From Terriglobia bacterium (lineage in GTDB: Bacteria; Acidobacteriota; Terriglobia; Acidiferrales; UBA7541): a DNA stretch of 64,000 nt. A program made the translations under genes and the position numbers. The first letter of the stretch is position 1. Each line of letters opens with the position of its first letter. The notes below the pieces were generated by a model. That model worked only from the letters and a program-made list of their open reading frames with translations, had not been told where the DNA came from and searched no databases. This document shows positions 60,433-64,000 of the stretch, piece by piece. Where the stretch lies: NCBI GenBank assembly GCA_963779275.1, contig CAVZXL010000007.1, positions 522,163 to 586,162 on the forward strand. Direction: 5' to 3'.

Positions 60433-61615
60433 CCGAAACGCGCAACGATTCCTTGAATCTGGACCGCTTGCCCATGCAGCTGGCCGGGGCGGGCGGCGTT
60501 TTGCTGGCCGTCTGCGTGGCCGCGGGCTTTGCCGACCATGCCGAATTTTTCCGCTCCTATCTGGTCGCCTATCTGTTCTGGATCGGCATCACGCTCGGTT
60601 GCCTCGCCGTGCTGATGGTGCAGCATCTCACCGGAGGCCAATGGGCGCTGGTGATCCGCCGCATCCTCGAAGCCGGCACGCCGCACGCTGCCCCTGATGG
60701 CCATCGCCGCGATTCCGCTGCTGCTTCGGAATGAAATCGCTCTACATCCTGGTCGCGTCCCGGGGCAGACCGATCCCGTCATTCTGGGCAAGCAGTTGTA
60801 CCTCAATACCGATTTCTTCATCGTGCGCATGGTGATTTATTTCTGCATCTGGTTCAGGCTCGCCTATTTCCTGAACAAAGGCTCCCGCACCGAGGACGCC
60901 GAAGGCGCCAGCCTGCCGCTCTCTTTGCGTATGGAAGCTCTGAGCGGCATCGGCCTGGTGCTCTATGGCTTCACCGTGACGTTTGCCGGCATCGACTGGG
61001 TCATGTCGCTTGAGCCGCGCTGGTACTCGACCATTTACGGATTGCTCTTCATGGTCGGCCAGGCGCTGGCCGCCATGGCCTTTTCCATCGCCGTCCTGAT
61101 CTGGCTTTCCGATCGCGAGCCGCTCTCGCGTTCCGTGCAGCCCGCTCACTATCAGGATCTCGGCAGCTTCCTGCTCACCTTCGTCATGCTCTGGGCCTAT
61201 ATGGAATTTTCGCAGTTCCTGATCATCTGGGGCGGCAACCTCACCGACGGAAATTCCCTGGTACCTGCGCCGCATGCAGGGAACCTGGGGGCACGTCGGC
61301 CTGCTGCTGGTCGTGCTGAATTTCGCGCTGCCGTTTTTCCTTCTGCTGTTCCGCCACGTCAAGCGCCGCAAGCGTTCGCTGCTGATTGTCGCCGGAGTGG
61401 TTCTCCTGATGCGCCTGGTGGACATGTTCTGGATGGTGCTGCCCGCGTTCGGCGGCGGCAACGTGCGCCTGACGTGGATGAACGTCGCGCTCCCGCTCGG
61501 CTTCGGCGGAATCTGGTTCGCTTATTTCATCTGGCAGTTGCAGAAGGCGCCGGTTCTTCCGGTTCACGATCCCCGCATGGAAGGAGTGGCGCAACATGCC
61601 GCCGGACATGGATAA
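60429..61615 (+). pseudogene. actF: Alternative complex III subunit ActF (second NrfD-like membrane subunit), frame-disrupted
   Basis: Pieces 60429..60734, 60697..61695 and 61274..61615 (MQGTWGHVGLLLVVLNFALPFFLLLFRHVKRRKRSLL...). ATGA overlap with actE. Confidence 0.7.
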
Positions 61616-62019
61616 ATCTCACGGCAGTCCCAACGCTTCTCCGGGCTACGAAACCCGCGACGCCAATACCGGCGGCGTGCTCAATTTCCTGGTGATCTTG
61701 GCCGTGATCCTGGTGTTACCGCCTTGGTTTCCCTGGGGAATGTTCCGCTATTTTGTCGGCGCACGATCAGGAAGAGGCCGCTGCTTCTCCCTTCGCCGAT
61801 ACCCGGCCGCTGCCGCAGGGGCCGCAGTTCAGGTCACCCCGCGCGAGGACTGGCTGAAATACCGCGAAGCCCAGCAGCGACAATCTGGAAACCTATTCCT
61901 GGGTGAACCGCGAAAAGGGCATCGTCAGCGTTCCCATCGACCAGGCCATGGATATTCTTGTCAAGAAAGGTTTGCCCGTCCAGGGCCAGACCGCGCCCCC
62001 GAATCGCCAAGCCGGCTGA
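61596..62019 (+). pseudogene. Small hypothetical membrane protein between actF and SCO1, frame-disrupted
   Basis: AAGGAG RBS upstream of ATG 61596. N-terminal piece GYETRDANTGGVLNFLVILAVILV. Later pieces read by hand (QVTPREDWLKYREAQQ; WVNREKGIVSVPIDQAMDILVKKGLPVQGQTAPPNRQAG*, ending at TGA 62017..62019). Confidence 0.5.
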
Positions 62020-62064
62020 TGCGGCCAAGCCCTCCGAGCCCGCCGCGAATGGGGGCAAAGAACA

Positions 62065-62967
62065 ATGCTCGCGAAAACGATGAGCGCGAAATGGAAGATC
62101 GCGAAAACCATCGTGGCCTCCTGCCTTGCGGCCATCGCGCTGGCCGCGGCGCCTTCGCGCGCGCAGATGAATTCGGCGCGCCCCCGATTCTGCGCGAAGT
62201 CAGCATCTCGCAAAATCTCAACGCGCAAATCCCCGCGGATCTGGCGTTTCCGCGATGAAGATGGGAAACGCAGTCCGTCTCGGCGATTACTTCGGCGCCA
62301 GGCCCATCGTTCTTTCGCTGGTCTATTTCAATTGCCCCGCGCTGTGCACCGAAGTCCTGAACGGGGAATTGCACACCATGCAGGCCAGTTCGCTCACCCT
62401 CGGCAAAGACTACGACGCCATTTCCGTGAGCTTCGATCCCAAGGACACCCCGGACGTGGCCAGCGCCAAACGCGATGTCTACACCGCGCAATATCGGCAA
62501 TTCGGCCGCCCCGGCGCCGCGCAATACTGGCATTTCCTGACCGGCGACGCCGCCTCCATCAACGCGCTGACCAGGGCGGTCGGTTTTCACTACGCCTATG
62601 ACCCGGCCATCAACCAGTTCGCGCACGCCGCGGCCATCATGCTGCTCACTCCCGATGGCCGCGATGTCCCGCTATTTTTACGGCGTGATTTATTCCGCGC
62701 GCGATTTCCGCCTCGGCCTGGTGGACGCCTCCAGCGGAAAGATCGGCACGCTCACCGACCAGGCCATGCTGTTCTGCTACCAGTACGATCCGGAAACCGG
62801 GCAAATACGGCATGGTCGTTATGAATATCGTCCGCGCCGGCGGCGCATTGACCCTTCTGGTTCTGGGAATTTTCATGTTCGTGATGTTCCGGCGCGATCG
62901 CCGGAACTCTGTGGCTTCGCACGCGGCGAATTCCGCCGCAAAGGCTTTCATGAGGACGGAATTGTGA
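62065..62967 (+). pseudogene. SCO1/SenC copper chaperone, frame-disrupted
   Basis: Pieces 62065..62601, 62255..62824 (PIVLSLVYFNCPALCTEVLNGEL, ISVSFDPKDTP, FAHAAAIMLLTPDG) and 62598.. (YFYGVIYSARDFRLGLVDAS). The CxxxC plus His pattern fits SCO1. Confidence 0.7.
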
Positions 62968-63932
62968 TGCAAGGTTTTCCATTTCAACCCGAACAGGCTT
63001 CCACGGTCGCGCAGTCGGTCGACTATCTCTACCTTTTCCTGACCGCGCTCACCGTGTTTTTCTCCACCGTTATTTTCGCCACCATTTTTTATTTCATGAT
63101 CAAGTACCGCCGCCGCTCTCCCGGCGAGCGCCCCAAGGCCATTGAAGGATCTCTTCCCCTGGAAATCCTGTGGACCGCGATTCCCACGCTCATCGTGGCC
63201 GTGATTTTCGTCTGGAGTTCGAGCCTCTACGTCCGCAACGCCGAGCCGCCCAAGGGCGCCATGGAAATCTTCGTGACCGGCAAGCAGTGGATGTGGAAGG
63301 TCGCAGCACCCGGAAGGGCAGCGCGAGATCAACGAACTGCACGTGCCCCTGGGCCGTCCCGTGAAGCTCACCATGACTTCGGAAGACGTCATCCACGATT
63401 TCTTCGTTCCGGCATTCCGCGTCAAAAAAGACGTTCTGCCGGGCCGCTACACTTCCATGTGGTTTGAGCCCACCAAGCTCGGCACCTTCCACCTGTTTTG
63501 CGCCCAGTATTGCGGCGCCTTCCACGCCGGGATGATCGGCTCGGTGATCGTCATGGAGCCCGACGAATACGAGCGCTGGCTGGCCGGAAGCGTGCCAGGG
63601 AGAATCGCCCGAGGCTGCCGGCGAAAAGCTGTTTCAGCAGCAGGGCTGCGGCACCTGCCATCTGGCCGACGGCTCGGGCCCCGGTCCGTCCCTGCTCGGC
63701 GTCTATGGGAATCAGGTCAAACTCACCACCGGCGAATCCGTTCTGGCCGACGACGCTTACATGCGCGAATCCATCCTGGCTCCCCGCGCCAAGGTCGTGG
63801 CCGGATTCGTTCCCATCATGCCGTCTTTCCAGGGGCAGCTCACCGAGGAACAAATCGGCAATCTGATCGCCTATACTCGCGTATCTGGGCAAGTCGCAAC
63901 CGCCAAAGCCAAAGGAAGAGGGGAAGAAATGA
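62967..63932 (+). pseudogene. coxB: Cytochrome c oxidase subunit II with C-terminal cytochrome c domain (caa3-type), frame-disrupted
   Basis: ATG 62967 overlaps the SCO1 stop (TGATG). TM hairpin, then the CuA site [13 protein letters not shown]...[16 protein letters not shown] in a second frame, CGTCH in a third, and an inferred C-terminus ...[16 protein letters not shown] ending at TGA 63930..63932. Confidence 0.75.
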
Positions 63933-64000
63933 GCACGGCCACGCTGGAACCACGCGTGCACGCACCGCGAAATTATCTGAACGCCGACTACGGCTGGAAG
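63929..64000 (+). CDS. coxA: Cytochrome c oxidase subunit I, N-terminal 24 codons (runs off the window)
   Basis: ATGA overlap with the coxB stop. [24 protein letters not shown] resembles the usual CoxA N-terminal region preceding SWLTTTDHK. Confidence 0.6.
   Translation, partial: MSTATLEPRVHAPRNYLNADYGWK

Overview
High-GC (about 60-66 percent) bacterial chromosome segment. The gene content suggests Acidobacteriota: a CarboxypepD_reg-type TonB receptor, an acidobacterial-type VWFA protein, bshA, and an ACIII-caa3 cluster. Layout: (1) 1-7.7 kb, + strand: nuoD(end)-H-J-K-L-M-N. (2) 7.9-9.7 kb, +: an F0-only atpI-atpB-atpE cluster. (3) 9.8-23.1 kb, - strand, convergent: a second, diverged nuo cluster nuoA-C-D-E-F-G-H-J-K-L-M-N. 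(4) 23.2-48.9 kb: mixed housekeeping and accessory genes, namely a ThiS-like protein, ribA, a LytS-type kinase, a TonB-dependent receptor, bshA, tmk-holB with an Sm-like gene, yggS, an M24 peptidase, tRNA-Thr, a GGYPG-repeat/VWA gene pair, phosphoketolase, a SorA/SoxC-like sulfite dehydrogenase with its cytochrome c, and acetate kinase. (5) 49.0-53.5 kb, -: an RND efflux pair. (6) 54.0-64.0 kb, +: alternative complex III actABCDEF, a small unknown gene, SCO1, coxB and the start of coxA. The dominant sequence-level feature is a mosaic of clean and indel-riddled segments. Many respiratory, ATP-synthase and RND genes can only be read by hopping between frames. The four breaks I resolved each sit at a one-base shortfall, three of them in a short run of that base. 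I read this as assembly or polishing error rather than biology, but it needs checking. I found no CRISPR array, transposase, integrase, rRNA or recognisable defence system. The most unusual observations are: nuoB and nuoI are missing from otherwise complete nuo clusters; a family of REP/MITE-like hairpins occurs at many loci, including inside operons; an orphan ThiS-like GG protein is translationally coupled to an unknown protein; and a secreted GGYPG-repeat protein is coupled to a VWA protein next to tRNA-Thr. I cannot point to a clear novel multi-gene system. Coordinates of frame-disrupted genes are approximate.
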